DNA of 64,000 bases, from assembly GCA_964016885.1 (NCBI GenBank), contig OZ024759.1:20956001-21020000 (forward strand). The letters are read 5' to 3'. Shown here one piece after another: positions 1-14,528 of the stretch; positions within the stretch are counted from its first letter, which is position 1, and every line of letters begins with the position of its first letter. This DNA is from Eledone cirrhosa (taxonomy: Eukaryota). A model generated the notes under the pieces. It saw nothing but the letters and a program-made list of their open reading frames with translations. It was not told the origin of the DNA and ran no database searches. Position numbers and translations under genes: made by a program.

Positions 1-40
1 ATATATATATATATATATACAAATATATATATATATATAT

Positions 41-82
<42 letters not shown>

Positions 83-699
83 CTCTCTATGTATATGTAT
101 GCCTGTGTATTCTAAATAGCCTGTTATGTAGTATTAATCATGTATGTATGTATGTATTAGATATACAATACCTCCCCTTCCACCTATGTTTTTCCTTGTA
201 TGGTATAACGTAACTTATGATTTATAGAGCATGTAATAACTACAATGATATATATACTGGCAATATGTAGAAACATGGCAACCTCTTACATCGGTCGACT
301 ATGCTACATGGACATTACATAATACCTGACGATCTGTGTGTATGTATATGTATATATATATATGTGTGTGTATGTATAAACACGTATATATTTATATATA
401 TATTTATATATATATTTATATATATATTTATATATATTTATATATATATATATATGTATAAACACACTCTTACACACACATATATATATATATATGTGTG
501 TGTGTATAAACACGTATATATATATATGTTATATATATATGTATACACGTGTATATATATGTAATATATATATATAAACACTCACACTCTCACACACACC
601 CACACACACACATATATATATACATGTATATATGTAATATATATATAAACACACTCACACACACACATCTACTTTTATATATATATATATATATATATA

Positions 700-862
700 A
701 CGAAGGAAATGTGGTAAGGAACCAGGTGGACCATAACGCACCAAAGTACTCAATACTTAGGGTAGTAGAGTGGGTAATAGGAACGAGTAGGACCCCGACG
801 GCTGAGCTCAAGCCGTTTCGACGGCTAATTCTGAACTCAGCCGTCGGGGTCCTACTCGTTCC
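700..862 (-). mobile_element. (TA)n-embedded hairpin-plus-tail element, family A, copy 1 (probable Penelope-like pLTR remnant)
   Basis: Inverted arms GGAACGAGTAGGACCCCGACGGCTGAG / CTCAGCCGTCGGGGTCCTACTCGTTCC with an ~80-bp unpaired tail on the left and (TA)n on both sides. Near-identical to 19414-19604 in the opposite orientation. Confidence 0.75.
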
Positions 863-909
863 TATATATATATATATATATATACACTCACAACGTACAC
901 ACATATATA

Positions 910-1411
910 TCTATATATATAAAGTTGTATTCCAGTCTGTCTGATTGTTTGTTTGTTCACGAACACCTCCTATGGTTTTGGAGATAGACCCGCATAACCA
1001 TATATATTCTGAAACTACATTTCCCAGGGTACTTGGATAAGTATATTTCATTTTAATCAAAGGGTTCCCCGGGGACACAAACCCCCGCTGAAAATGTTTT
1101 CCCTCGATTTATATGAAATGTAAACCATAGGTAAATGACAAGATATGATGCCTATTCACAAAAGTTTTGAATTTATATTTTGAAAAAAATTATTTACAAG
1201 AAACGAAATAAGAATAATATTTAATATAATTTTGATTTGATATATTACAAAAAAATGTTTTCCAATTTTTCATGCATTACATTTTACATTGAGTAATATT
1301 GAAATGCAGAGTTTTTCTCCATAAATTACATCACTGATTTAAAATCAATCATCATTTTCTTAGAAAAAAAAAAATGTGTGAAACGCAGCAAGGCGCGGGT
1401 AATTCGGCTAG
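910..1411 (+). mobile_element. Non-autonomous Helitron-like element
   Basis: Starts A|TCTATATATATAAAG followed by a GTCT/GTTT microsatellite. Ends with GC-rich GCAAGGCGCGGGT...GGCTAG|T. TC...CTAG termini inserted between A and T are Helitron hallmarks. Confidence 0.7.
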
Positions 1412-1565
1412 TATGTATACATACATACACTTGTATTCAGGTGTATCAAAACGAGTCATCCGATTTTATTTACAATTTTTACAAATGGTCAATATGAAAA
1501 TAATTTTATAAAAATTTATTTAAGATATAAGAAGAACATTTTATATTCAGACATGTATTGTACCA

Positions 1566-1766
1566 CAGGCATGTCAAAGTGAGGGTCCCCCGAGGGCTAC
1601 ATGGATCACATATGTGTTTTCTGAGGGCCACACTCGACATCTAATTGCGCACATTACAACTAATATCTTTTTATTTTATATTACGAAGATAAAACATGCT
1701 CGCGCTATAAAAACCTTTGTATGGGCCGCAGGTGTTCTTGTAAAGGGCCGCATGTTTGACATGCCT
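1566..1766. mobile_element. hAT (Charlie-like) MITE
   Basis: TIRs AGGCATGTCAAA / TTTGACATGCCT, subterminal GGGCCGCA-type motifs, and an approximate 8-bp TSD (TTGTACCA / TTGTACGA). Confidence 0.7.
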
Positions 1767-1938
1767 TGTACGATTTACCGCATGAATATATGGTCATTTG
1801 TTTAAAAAAATATAACCTTTTGAAATTTAGACACAGGGTGTATCAAATATATATGAATTTTTTGTTCATCTTTGACCCTTTTCGAAAGCACCCCGTCCTC
1901 TCATATTTTAGGAATGTATAGAGACAATGGTTTAGCTA

Positions 1939-2291
1939 CGAGGGTCACTTGAAAAGTTTATAGCATAAAGGTCCATAGCCTGACCAAGATACTCTCATGG
2001 AATGACCAAATGAGGTTTATTTTTCATCATAGCCCCTAGAAAGAAACAATGCAGTTATTAAGAAGAGTTGAAAGTAATGCATGCAAGATTTCACAGCACT
2101 AGCATTCATTCTTCATAGGCTGACCAAGATACTCTCATGGAATGATCAGATGTGGTTTATTTTTCACCACGGTCCCTGGAAAGAAACAATGCAGTTATTA
2201 ATAAGAAGAGTTGAATCTAATGCATGCAAGATTTCACAGCACTAGCATTAATTCTTTGTAGTCAGTTTATGAACCTTTCAGTCGACCTTCG
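1939..2291. mobile_element. Mariner-derived MITE with internal ~140-bp tandem duplication
   Basis: TA|CGAGGGTCACTTGAAAAGTTTATA ... TATGAACCTTTCAGTCGACCTTCG|TA gives imperfect TIRs with a TA TSD. CTGACCAAGATACTCTCATGGAATGA occurs at ~1980 and ~2120. Confidence 0.8.
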
Positions 2292-4384
2292 TAGATGGCG
2301 GAATGGTGTTGTGTTTGTGGACGAACTTGTATGGTCGGCTTTTCGACGACTCTGAGGATTTGTGGTGGGTATAACCTAGTGGACCGTGTGTGATCTCTCT
2401 TTTTTATCTTTAACCCTTTTCGAATGCGCTACAGTCGTTTCATATTTCCGGCATGTACAGAGATGATAGGTTGCTATACCACACTATATGAATGGCGATG
2501 TCTTCGATACATTCAAGTTGGATTGTTGTAAAGTTCAAATACGCTGAAACTTGACTAGCCAGCTCGGTAAATAGATATCAACAAAAGAATGGTAGCCGCT
2601 TGAGCAGGATGTCATAAGGCATCAAACATCGCCATCATCCCTAGCACTTCCATAAGAACCATCTTCTCTCCTCCCCTAATTCTCCTCCAATAACCCTAGT
2701 CTCTCCTCCCCTCCACCTTGCTCACCTTTAAGAACCCTAGTATCTTCCTCCCCTCCCTTCCCCCACCTCTCCTCCAAGATCCCTCTGTCTCCCCTCCAGC
2801 TCTCTCATAAAATCCCTTCTCCCCCCTCCCCAGCTCTCCTCTCCTCCCCCAACTCTACTCTCCTCCCCCAACTCTCCACTCCTCCACCAGCTCTGTTCTA
2901 AGGAGCCTAGTCTCTCCTCCCTCCCCCACCTATCCTCTAAGACGCTCTGTCACCCCCTCTCCCAGCTCTCCTCTAAGACCCCTTGTCACCCCCTCTCCCA
3001 GCTCTCCTCTAATACCCCTTGTCACTCCCTCTCCCAGCTCTCCTCCAAGAACCCCCCCCCCTTCCCGTCGAGCCCCCCCCCCCCCCCCCACCTGCCGTCA
3101 AAGACTTTACTAAAGAACCAATTCTTGTCCTCAATGTTTGTGCATAATTCATTAACTCTTGGAGTTCTTATCGCCTCTTGCTGTTTTGTTGTTATTGTTA
3201 TTGTTGCTGTTATTGTTGTTGTATTGTTGCTGTTATTGTTGTTATTGTTGCTGTATTGTTGCTGTTATTGTTGTTATTGTTGCTGTATTGTTGTTGTTTT
3301 GTTATTTCCGTCAACATTTTTGTTGTTGTTGTTGTTATTGATGTTGTTGTTTGGCCATATTGTCATCATTAACCAATTTAGTCGGTTTTGTTGGGGTGTG
3401 ATTGTAGTGGTGGTGGTGGTGGGGTGGATGGTGGTGCTGTTGGTATTGAATGGTGAGGTGTTGTGATTGTAGTGGTGGTGGTGGTGGGGTGGATGGTGGT
3501 GCTGTTGGTATTGAATGGCGGGGCGTTGCGATTGTAGTGGTGGTGGTGGTGGTGCTGCTGTTGGTATTGAATGGTGAGGTGTTGTGGCTGTAGTGGTGGT
3601 GATGTTTGATACAGTGTGGTGGTTGATGTGGTGGTGGTGATACTATAGTATGATATAGTGGAGGAAGATGGCTTATTGTGGTGGTGGTGGTGTTGGTATA
3701 GAATGGTGAGGTGTAGTGGTAGTGGTGGTGGTGGGGTGTTGTGGTTGAAGTGGTGGTGCTTCTGCTGTATGTTATAGTGGTGATTGTAGAAGAGGAAAGT
3801 GTTTTATTGTGGTGGTGGTATCGAATGGTAGGGTTGTGTGGTTGTAGTGGTGGTGGTGGTGGAGGGTTGTCGGCGGTTCAGGAGATGGTGGTGTTGGTAG
3901 TGGTTGGGGTGGAAGTGGTGTGATGGGAAGATGGTTGAAAAGCAAGGGAGATAAGAAGCAATAGAGAGATAAGGAATGAGACTAATAGGGGAGAGAAATA
4001 GATATATAGTGCCAGAGAGTGTGTGTGATAGATAGATAGATAGAGAGAGAGAGATAGTGAGAGATAGAGATAACTAGAGACCCTGATAGGGGGGGGGGGG
4101 GGGGCGAGAGAGAAGGATGACGAGTGAGAGTGAGATAGACTGACACAGACAGAGAGAGACGAATGAGCGAGGTAGAGAGAGAGATAATTTGAGAGAGTGA
4201 TGTGGTGAGAAAGAAAACGTGAGAGAGAAAGACTGATAGAGGAGAGACGAATGAAAGAAATAACTAGAGAGAGTGCTAGGGGTGAGAGAGAGACTGATAG
4301 ATGAGAGAGATAACTAGAGAAACTAGGGGCGAGAAAGAGAGAGATAACTAGAGACTGATAGGGGTGAGAGGGAAAGAGACTGGC

Positions 4385-4872
4385 AAAGGAGAGAGAAAGA
4401 CGAGGGAGAAAGACGAGGGAGAAAGACGAGAGAGAAAGACGAGAGGGAAAGACGAGGGGGAAAGACGAGAGAGAAAGACGAGGGGGAAAGACGAGAGAGA
4501 AAGACGAGAGAGAAAGACGAGGGGGAAAGACGAGGGGGAAAGACGAGAGAGAAAGACGAGAGAGAAAGACGAGGGGGAAAGACGAGAGGGAAAGACGAGA
4601 GAGAAAGACGAGAGAGAAAGACGAGGGGGAAAGACGAGAGAGAAATATGAGAGAGAAAGACGAGAGAGAAAGACGAGAGAGAAAGACGAGAGAGAAAGAC
4701 GAGAGAGAAATATGAGAGAGAAATATGAGAGAGAAAGACGAGGGGGAAAGACGAGAGAGAAAGACGAGAGAGAAAGACGAGGGGGAAAGACGAGGGGGAA
4801 AGACGAGAGAAATATGAGAGAGAAAGACGAGGGGGGAAAGACGAGAGAGAAATATGAGAGAGAAAGACGAGG
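4385..4872. repeat. Purine-rich minisatellite, ~14-bp unit GAGAGAAAGACGAG
   Basis: Direct tandem repetition with GAGA/GGGG variants. Confidence 0.9.
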
Positions 4873-5883
4873 GAGATTGATAGGGAAGAGAGATAACGAG
4901 AGACTGATAGAAGATAGAGAGGGTAAAATAAAGAGGAAGAAAGCGAAGAATCACAGAAGACAGTGAAGAAAAAGAAGGGGTGGAGATGGAGACGAAGAAG
5001 ACGAAGATTGAGATATAAGATGGAAGAGAGAAGCAATTGAGACATTATTGAAGACAAATAGAATACAATTTAGATTATAAAAAAAACCAGTAGATTGTGA
5101 TTAAAAGTTAAATAAGATTAAATAGAATGTGGGAATGAGGGAATGAGAGAATGAAGGGATGCAGGGATGAAGGGAATAAGAATAATAATTGGAATAACAG
5201 TGATAATTGAAGGAGCAAGGAATAGGGTGTAGAATATAGAGGAGACTGTGGTATAGAGAGACGGGGGGGGGATAAAGGGGTGGAGAGAGAACCGTGGTAG
5301 ACTGAAAGGAGTGGGAGAAAAATTAGGGGTAGACAGAAAGGGAGGGAGTGGGAGAAAGGGCAAGGGTAGAGAGAGGGAAGGGAGACAGTGGTAGATAGAA
5401 AAGGAGGGAGTGGGAGAGTAATCAAAGGTAGAGAGAGGGAAGGGGTCGGTGGTAGACAGAAAGGGAGGGAGTGGGAGAAAGAGCAAGGGTAGAGAGAGGG
5501 AACTGTGGTAGAGAGAGGAAGCGAGACAGTGGTAGACAGAAAGAGAGAGGGCGGGAGAAATGTCAGGGGTAGAGAGAGAGAGGGGGAAACGTGGTAGAAA
5601 GAGAGGGTGAAACAGTGGTAGATAGAAAGGGAGGGAGTGGGAGAGAAAGATCTGGGGTAGAGAGTGAGGGAAACTGGTAGAGAGAGAGACGGAAAGGGGC
5701 AGTGGTAGAGAGAGAGAATGGGGAGCAGTGGGATTCGATGAGGAAGGAAACAGTGGTGGAGAGGGAGGGAACAATGGTAGAGGGAAAAAGAGGTAGAGAA
5801 GAAATAGTTATAATTGAGGGAGTGAGTAACTTGGTAATTGAGAAAGAGAGAGAATAAACTGATAATTGAAAGACAGATAATTG

Positions 5884-5950
<67 letters not shown>

Positions 5951-7914
5951 TGAAGAAAGAGAAATACGGAATATAAGAGAGACGGGCCAGTGACAAAGTG
6001 ATTGGTAGAGATATGGAGAGAGAGAGTGAGAGCTAGAGAGACAGTGTATCGTGGAGAGAGAGAGGGGGGGGGGGGGAGAGAAAGAGAGGGAGGGGGTGTC
6101 AGTGGTGTTGTTAACTGCGAACTAAAAGAACTAAAAACGAAAAAAAAAGAAAGAAAAATGGCAGAAGTTGAATAAAAACTTAACTCTCCGTTTATTTCCG
6201 GTAAAATGGAGGCGATCGCTTCCGTTTTCATTAAGGACTTCATCTTTTTATTTGTTTATTTTCATGTTTTTATTTTCCTTTTCCATTTTTAGCCCTTTTC
6301 TGTTCGGACATTTGTGTGTGTGTGTGTATGAGTGTGTATGTGTGTCTGTGTGTGTGTGTAGGGGCAGTGAAAGTGGTGGAAGCGTGGCGAAGCAAAAGAT
6401 GAAAATTATAAGTATAATTGGTCGGTTTTCCTTGAAAAATTATCACACAGATAAGATTCATACAATAAGGAAAGGAAAAAAGTGGTTATACGTTAAAAAA
6501 AATGGTAGAAACATCCCCAAAAACAAAACAAAAAAAAGGAGAAAAAAAAACAACGGAAAAAGCCGAAAGAAGCTTCTTGAATGTTTTAGCAGACGATCAG
6601 GTCTGTTATCAGTAATGGTTGTGTTGTTGATATATACTGCTCTCCCTTGCACGTCAACGGACATTTGTGTTTTTGTGTGTGGTGTTGTATGTGTTGTGTG
6701 TGGTATTGTGTGTGTGTTGTATTGTGTGTGTTGTTGTGTTGTATTGTGCGTGTGTGGTGTTGTGTGTAGTATTGTGTATGTGTTGTGTATGGCATGTGTT
6801 TGTGTTATATTTAGTGTGTACATATGTGTATGTGATAAGTTTCTTACTACTACTACTACCACTACTACTACCACTACTATCACTACCACTACCACTACCA
6901 CTACCACCACCACTACTACCACTACCACACCATCATTACCATCGCTAATTCCCTCGGAAACTGCACACCTCACCACCACCCCCTGGTTTTTGGTGGGGTG
7001 GAAGATGTGGAGAGTGTGGGGGGGGGGGTTTCGATCTTGAAATGTTGATCTTACGATAGCGAAATAATGTTGGAGAGTGTGAGGGGTGTAGTGGTAGGGG
7101 GTGTAGTGGTGTGGGGGATGTAGTGGTGTTGTGTGTGGGATGTAGTGGTGGGGGGTGTATTGGTTTAGATTGTGTGAGTGGTATTGTAAGGGTGGAGTTA
7201 TGGTGGTTTGGATGGTATTGTAAGAGGTGGTGGTGTGAGTGGTATTTTAAAGGTTTGGGTGATGATGATTTTGATGTTGTTGGTGTTGTTGTTTTTGGTG
7301 ATGGTGGTGGTGTTGGTGGCGGTGTTGAGGATGGTAGTGGTGATGATGTTGATGGTAGTGGTGGTGGTGGTGTTGGTGGCGGTGTTGAGGATGGTGGTGG
7401 CGGTGTTGAGGGTGGTGGTGTTGGTGGTGGTGTTGGTGGTGGTGTTCTTGGTGATGGTGTTGTTAGTGTTGGTGGTGATGTTCTTGGTGATGGTGTTGTT
7501 GTTGGTGGTGGTGGTGTTCTTGGTGATGGTGTTGTTAGTGTTGGTGGTGATGTTCTTGGTGATGGTGTTGTTGTTGGTGGTGGTGGTGTTCTTGGTGATG
7601 GTGTTGGTGGTAGTGTCCGTGTTCTTCGCAGTGTTAATCATGGTGTTATACGTAATTATTTAGCCCTAGGTCAACCCTGATAGTGCTGACCTTCAATCAG
7701 AGACACACCAGCTCTGATCATCATGGTGTAGCCCTTGTTTAAGTAACCTCATCATCACATTAGCCAGTAAGCCATTTTAAAGACAGAAGTAATGGGATTT
7801 AAGGGAGAATTGACTGTTATTTCTAGCCGATCGCCTGAATACGTAGAGGCTCCAACATTTGGTGTGGTTTGGTGTGATGTAGTGTGTTCTGGGTCGTGGT
7901 GTGGTGTAGTCTGG

Positions 7915-9680
7915 TTTGGTGTTGTGTAGTATGGTGTAGTATGGTCTTGTGTGGTGTTGTATGGTGTAGTATGGTCTTGTGTGATCTGGTGTGGTGTTGT
8001 ATGGTGTAGTATGGTCTTGTGTGATCTGGTGTGGTGTTGTATGGTGTAGTATGGTCTTGTGTGATCTGGTGTGGTGTTGTATGGTGTAGTATGGTCTTGT
8101 GTGATCTGGTGTGGTGTTGTATGGTGTAGTATGGTCTTGTGTGATCTGGTGTGGTGTTGTATGGTGTAGTATGGTCTTGTGTGATCTGGTGTGGTGTTGT
8201 ATGGTGTAGTATGGTCTTGTGTGGTGTTGTATGGTGTAGTATGGTCTTGTGTGATCTGGTGTGGTGTTGTATGGTGTAGTATGGTCTTGTGTGATCTGGT
8301 GTGGTGTTGTATGGTGTAGTATGGTCTTGTGTGATCTGGTGTGGTGTTGTATGGTCTTGTGTGATCGATGTGGTGTTGTATGGTCTTGTGTGATCCGGTG
8401 TGTTGTTGTATGGTGTAGTATGGTCTTGTGTGATCTGGTGTGGTGTTGTATGGTGTAGTATGGTCTTGTGTGATCTGGTGTGGTGTTGTATGGTCTTGTG
8501 TGATCGATGTGGTGTTGTATGGTCTTGTGTGATCTGGTGTGGTGTTGTATGGTGTAGTATGGTCTTGTGTGATCTGGTGTGGTGTTGTATGGTCTTGTGT
8601 GATCGATGTGGTGTTGTATGGTCTTGTGTGATCTGGTGTGGTGTTGTATGGTGTAGTATGGTCTTGTGTGATCTGGTGTGGTGTTGTATGGTCTTGTGTG
8701 ATCGATGTGGTGTTGTATGGTCTTGTGTGATCCGGTGTGTTGTTGTATGGTGTAGTATGGTCTTGTGTGATCCGGTGTGGTGTTGTATGGTGTAGTATGG
8801 TCTTGTGTGATCTGGTGTGGTGTTGTATGGTGTAGTATGGTCTTGTGTGATCTGGTGTGGTGTTGTATGGTCTTGTGTGATCGATGTGGTGTTGTATGGT
8901 CTTGTGTGATCCGGTGTGTTGTTGTATGGTCTTGTGTGATCCGGTGTGGTGTTGTATGGTGTAGTATGGTCTTGTGTGATCTGGTGTGGTGTTGTATGGT
9001 GTAGTATGGTCTTGTGTGATCTGGTGTGGTGTTGTATGGTCTTGTGTGATCGATGTGGTGTTGTATGGTCTTGTGTGATCCGGTGTGTTGTTGTATGGTG
9101 TAGTATGGTCTTGTGTGATCCGGTGTGGTGTTGTATGGTGTAGTATGGTCTTGTGTGGTGTTGTATGGTGTAGTATGGTCTTGTGTGATCTGGTGTGGTG
9201 TTGTATGGTCTTGTGTGATCGATGTGGTGTTGTATGGTCTTGTGTGATCCGGTGTGTTGTTGTATGGTGTAGTATGGTCTTGTGTGATCCGGTGTGGTGT
9301 TGTATGGTGTAGTATGGTCTTGTGTGATCTGGTGTGGTGTTGTATGGTGTAGTATGGTCTTGTGTGATCTGGTGTGGTGTTGTATGGTCTTGTGTGATCG
9401 ATGTGGTGTTGTATGGTCTTGTGTGATCCGGTGTGTTGTTGTATGGTGTAGTATGGTCTTGTGTGATCCGGTGTGGTGTTGTATGGTGTAGTATGGTCTT
9501 GTGTGATCTGGTGTGGTGTTGTATGGTCTTGTGTGATCTGGTGTGGTGTTGTATGGTCTTGTGTGATCTGGTGTGGTGTTGTATGGTGTAGTATGGTTTT
9601 GTGTGATCCGGTGTGTTGTGGTGTAGTCTGGTTTGGTGTTGTGTGGTATGGTGTAGTATGGTCTTGTGTGATCCGGTATG
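7915..9680. repeat. Minisatellite, 40-bp unit GTGATCTGGTGTGGTGTTGTATGGTGTAGTATGGTCTTGT with 28/30-bp deletion variants
   Basis: Direct tandem repeats built from 5-bp subunits. Variants GATCT, GATCG and GATCC recur in a higher-order pattern. Confidence 0.95.
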
Positions 9681-10321
9681 GTATGGTATGGTGTGGTATA
9701 GTGTGGTGGTGGTGTAATTTAATTCCGTGTGGTGTAGTATGGTATGGTGTTGTTTGGTGGCAGTATGGTGTGGTGTGGTGGTGGTGTAGTTTAATACCGT
9801 GTGGTGTAGTATGGTATGGTGGTGAGGTGTGGTGGTTGTGGTGGTGTAGTTTAATACCGTGTGGTGTAGTTTAATTCCGTGTGGTGTAGTATGGTATTGT
9901 GGTGTGGTACACTGTATTATGCTGAGGGTGGTATGGTTAGGAATAGCGCCGGCTAGTGTGTTGTGACGTAGTGTAGTCTGGTGTGGTGTGGTGTGGTGTG
10001 GAATGGTATGGTGTGGTGTGATGTGATGCAGTCCGGTATGGTGTTGTATAGTCCGGTGTGGTATGGAGAGATAGAGAGAGGGGGATAGAGAGAGAGAGAG
10101 AGGGGAGAGAAGGATAGACAGGTAGATAGAGGGAGAGGGGGATAGAGAGCGAGATAGAGAAGAACTGCGGCCCAATACAATGTTATCTTGAAGTCGGCCA
10201 TGTCAAAATAATCAGTGCTGAAGACGATTGTATTGTTAGAGAAAGTCTGAAATTCTGTGTGGAATTGGACCCCACACCAAAAACTCGTTAATTGTATAGA
10301 AATACATTATATATATATGTA

Positions 10322-10352
<31 letters not shown>

Positions 10353-10406
10353 GTGTGTGTGTGTATATGTGTGTGTATATATGTGTATATATATATATAT
10401 GTGTGC

Positions 10407-10470
<64 letters not shown>

Positions 10471-10770
10471 GTGTGTATATGTGTATATATGTGTGTGTGT
10501 ATGTGTATATATATATATATATGTGCGTGTGTGTATATATATATATGTGTGTGTATTATATATATGTATATATGTGTGTATATATATATGTGTGTGTGTG
10601 TGTATATATATATATGTATATATGTGTGTATATATATATATGTGTGTGTATATATATATATATATGTGTGTGTGTGTATATGTATATATGTGTGTGTATA
10701 TGTATATATGTGTGTGTATATGTATATATGTGTGTGTATATGTATATATGTGTGTGTGTGTATATATGTA

Positions 10771-10803
<33 letters not shown>

Positions 10804-11050
10804 GTGTGTATATATATAGATATATGTGTGTGTGTGTATATATATGTGTGTGTGTATATGTATATGTATGTGTGTATATATATATGTGTGTGTGTGTATA
10901 TATATGAGTATGTGTGTGTGTATATATATATGTATATATATGTGTGTGTGTGTGTATTTATGTGTGTGTATGTGTGTGTGTGTATATATATATATGTATA
11001 TATGTTTGTATATGTGTGTGTATATATATATATATGTATATGTATGTGTG

Positions 11051-11083
<33 letters not shown>

Positions 11084-11084
11084 C

Positions 11085-11117
<33 letters not shown>

Positions 11118-14062
11118 ATATTAATGTGTGAGTATATATATATGTGTGTGTATGTGTATATATATATGTATATATATGGGTGTGAATATATATATATCTG
11201 TATGTATATATATATATATATCTGTATGTGTATATATATATGTATGAGTGTATATATATATGTTTTATATGTATGTGTGTATATATATGTATATATGTAT
11301 GTGTATATATATATGTATATATATGTGTGTGTACATATATGTATATATATATATATATATATATAAGATATATATATATGAGTGTGTGTGTGCATATATA
11401 TATATGTATATATATGTGTCTGTGTGCATATATATATATATATGTATATATATGTGTGTGTGTGTGCATATATATGTATATATATATATGCGTGTGTGTG
11501 TGCATATATATATATTTATATATATATACGTGTGTGTGTATTATATAATGTACATATGATGTGTTCGTGAACATATATATATATTATATATATAATGTGT
11601 GTGTGCGCGTGTATATGTATGTGTGTGTATATATATATATAATATATATATATATATGAGGGGATGGGGAGTAGAAATGAGAGAAAGTAGGTAATATTGG
11701 AGACTGAGAAAGAGAGAGAGAGAGAGAGATAAGTAAAGTGTGTGAGAGAAAGAGAGAGAGGTAAGTAAAGTGTGAGAGAGGGAGAGAGGCAGAGGTAAGT
11801 AAAGTGTGAGAGAGGGGGAGGGTGGCAGAGGGTTGACAATTAGAGTGATGTGATTTGAAAGCAACACAGCAATATATTCGAGAGGTGGTGGAGAGATAGG
11901 GAGAGGATAGGATAGGATAAAGATGAAATACAGAGAGACAGAGAGGGGGGGGGGTGAAGAGAGAGAGAGAGAGAGAGAGAGAAATGAGATGAGTAGAGAT
12001 AGATGAGAGAAAGAGGGAGAGAGGAAGAGAGAGAGGGAAATGAGATGAGTAGAGAAAGAGGGAGAGAGGGATAATGAGAAAGTGAGACAGAGGAAGAAAG
12101 AGAGTGTGTTGTGGGGGGGGGGGGGGATTAGATAGGAAAAAGAGACAGAGAGAGTGGAAGAATGAGATAGAGATAGTTGGAAATGATATGAGGAGGGAGA
12201 GAGAGGGGAGAGGAAACGAGAAAGAGAGAGAGAGAGGTGGGGGAAATGAGATAGGTAGGGAGATGACAAAGGTACAGAGAGAGAGATAGTCAGTATAAGT
12301 AGAGGGGGAATAATTTGAGAGGGGGGGGGAGAGGGATATGGAGTTGTTGTTGTTGGTATTGGAGTTGTTGTTGTTGTTGCTGGTGTGGATGTTGTTGTTG
12401 TTGTTGTTGTTGCTGGTGTGGATGTTGTTGTTGTTAGTGGTGTTGTTGGTGTTGTTGTTGTTGTTGTTGGTGGTGTGCTTGTTGTTGTTGTTGGTGTGCT
12501 TGTTGTTGTTGTTGTTACTAGTGTGGATGTTGTTGTTGGTGTGGTTGTTGTTGTTACTGATGTGGATGTTGTTGTTGGTGTTGTTGTTGTTGTTGTTACT
12601 GGTGTGGATGTGGTTGTTGTTGTTGGTGTGGTTGTTGTTGTTGTTGTTACTGATGTGGATGTGGTTGTTGTTACTGATGTGGATGTGGTTGTTGTTGTTA
12701 CTGATGTGGATGTGGTTGTTGTTACTGATGTGGATGTGGTTGCTGTGGATGTGGTTGTTGCTAATACGGGTGTTGTTGTTGTTGTTGTTGTGGATGTTAT
12801 TACTGCTGCTGTTGTTGTAGTAGTAGTAGTTTATTTTTGTTGCTGTTGTTGTAATCACAGTAGCTGTTATTGTTGCCGTTGTAATTGAAATTGCTGTTAC
12901 TCTCGTTATAGATGTTGTTGTTGTTGCTATTGGAGTTGCAGCTGTTGGTGTAGCTGTTGTAGTTGTTGTTGTAGCTGCTGTTGTAGGCTGTTGCTGTAGT
13001 TGCTGATGTAGTTGTTGTAGTTGCTGTCGTTGTAGCTGTTGTAATTGTTGTTGTTTTTGTTGTTGTAGCAGCAAGCTATAAAGGATTAAAATGGCCGATT
13101 GATTATCGCAATAGACAAACAATAAATGTGTCTTTTAGTCAACATAAAAGAAAATGTTACAGAAGGAAAATGGCGTCTTGGGTTTTCTTTCTTGTTAGTC
13201 AAGTGTAATATTGTAATATTGAGATGGAAGCATTGCAGCGGTTTCATTGGATGGCTTTTGTTAACGGTGTTCGGCCATCTTGGCACAACGGACTGTAGGT
13301 GTGGTGTGGTGTGGTGTGGTGTGGTGTGCTGTGGTGGTGTGGTGTGGTGTGCTGTGGTGTGGTGTGGTGTGCTGTGGTGGTGTGATGTGCTGTGGTGGTG
13401 TGGTGTGGTGTGGTGTGGTGTGCTGTGGTGGTGTGGTGTGCTGTGGTGGTGGGGTGTACTGTGGTGGTGTGGTGTACTGTGGTGGTGTGGTGTGCTGTGG
13501 TAGTGTGGTGTGTGGTGGTGTGGTGTGCTGTGGTGGTGTGGTGTACTATGGTGGTGTGTGGTGATCGTATATGCAGGCATTTGCGTTCACCTGTATAGGC
13601 ATATACAATGTATGTACGTACCTATGCTTGCATGTATACGTATATATATATGTGAATTTGTATACCTGCGTGTATGAATGTATGTGTATGCCTATTTAAC
13701 TCCCCCCTCTCTCTCTCTTTCTCTCTCTCTCTCTCGCGCTCTCTCTCTCTACACACACATATATATATACATATATATATATATCTATGGTTCTACCTAT
13801 CTCTATCTAGCTATCTCTCTCTCTCTATATATATATATATATACACATATATGTGTATGCTTGTTGGTCTTCATTGCCTCCATACCAGTAATTAGTATGA
13901 ATGTATGTCATTATAAGGGTGGCTACGGTTCTCCATCTCTTAACCCTCTCTCTATCCCTCTTAACCCTCTCTCTATCCCTCTTTCTGCCATTCTATCCCC
14001 GTTTCCCCTACTTTCGACAATCCATATCCAATCTATTTGTATATCCATCCTTATTTCCTTCA

Positions 14063-14122
<60 letters not shown>

Positions 14123-14182
14123 CTACGTAGGTATGGTATATGTGTGTATATATATATACATATATATATACACGTATGCATA

Positions 14183-14279
<97 letters not shown>

Positions 14280-14280
14280 T

Positions 14281-14403
14281 GTGATTAAATAGACGTATTG
14301 TGAAACAATCTATGATTTAACACACGTGTTTTCTATATATATATACATACAAAACACGTGTATTAAATCATAGATTGTTTCACAATACGTTTATTTAATC
14401 ACA
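14281..14403. repeat. Inverted repeat (~52-bp arms) with a (TA)n centre
   Basis: GTGATTAAATAGACGTATTGTGAAACAATCTATGATTTAACACACGTGTTTT and its reverse complement at 14351-14403, with 2 mismatches. Confidence 0.9.
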
Positions 14404-14416
14404 CACATACAAAGAT

Positions 14417-14454
<38 letters not shown>

Positions 14455-14467
14455 TATATATATATAC

Positions 14468-14528
<61 letters not shown>

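Noticed and set aside
238-290. Possible decayed hammerhead (CAATGA-TATAT...ATGTA-GAAACATGGC)
   Set aside because: Both the core box and the cleavage triplet deviate, and there is no stem I.
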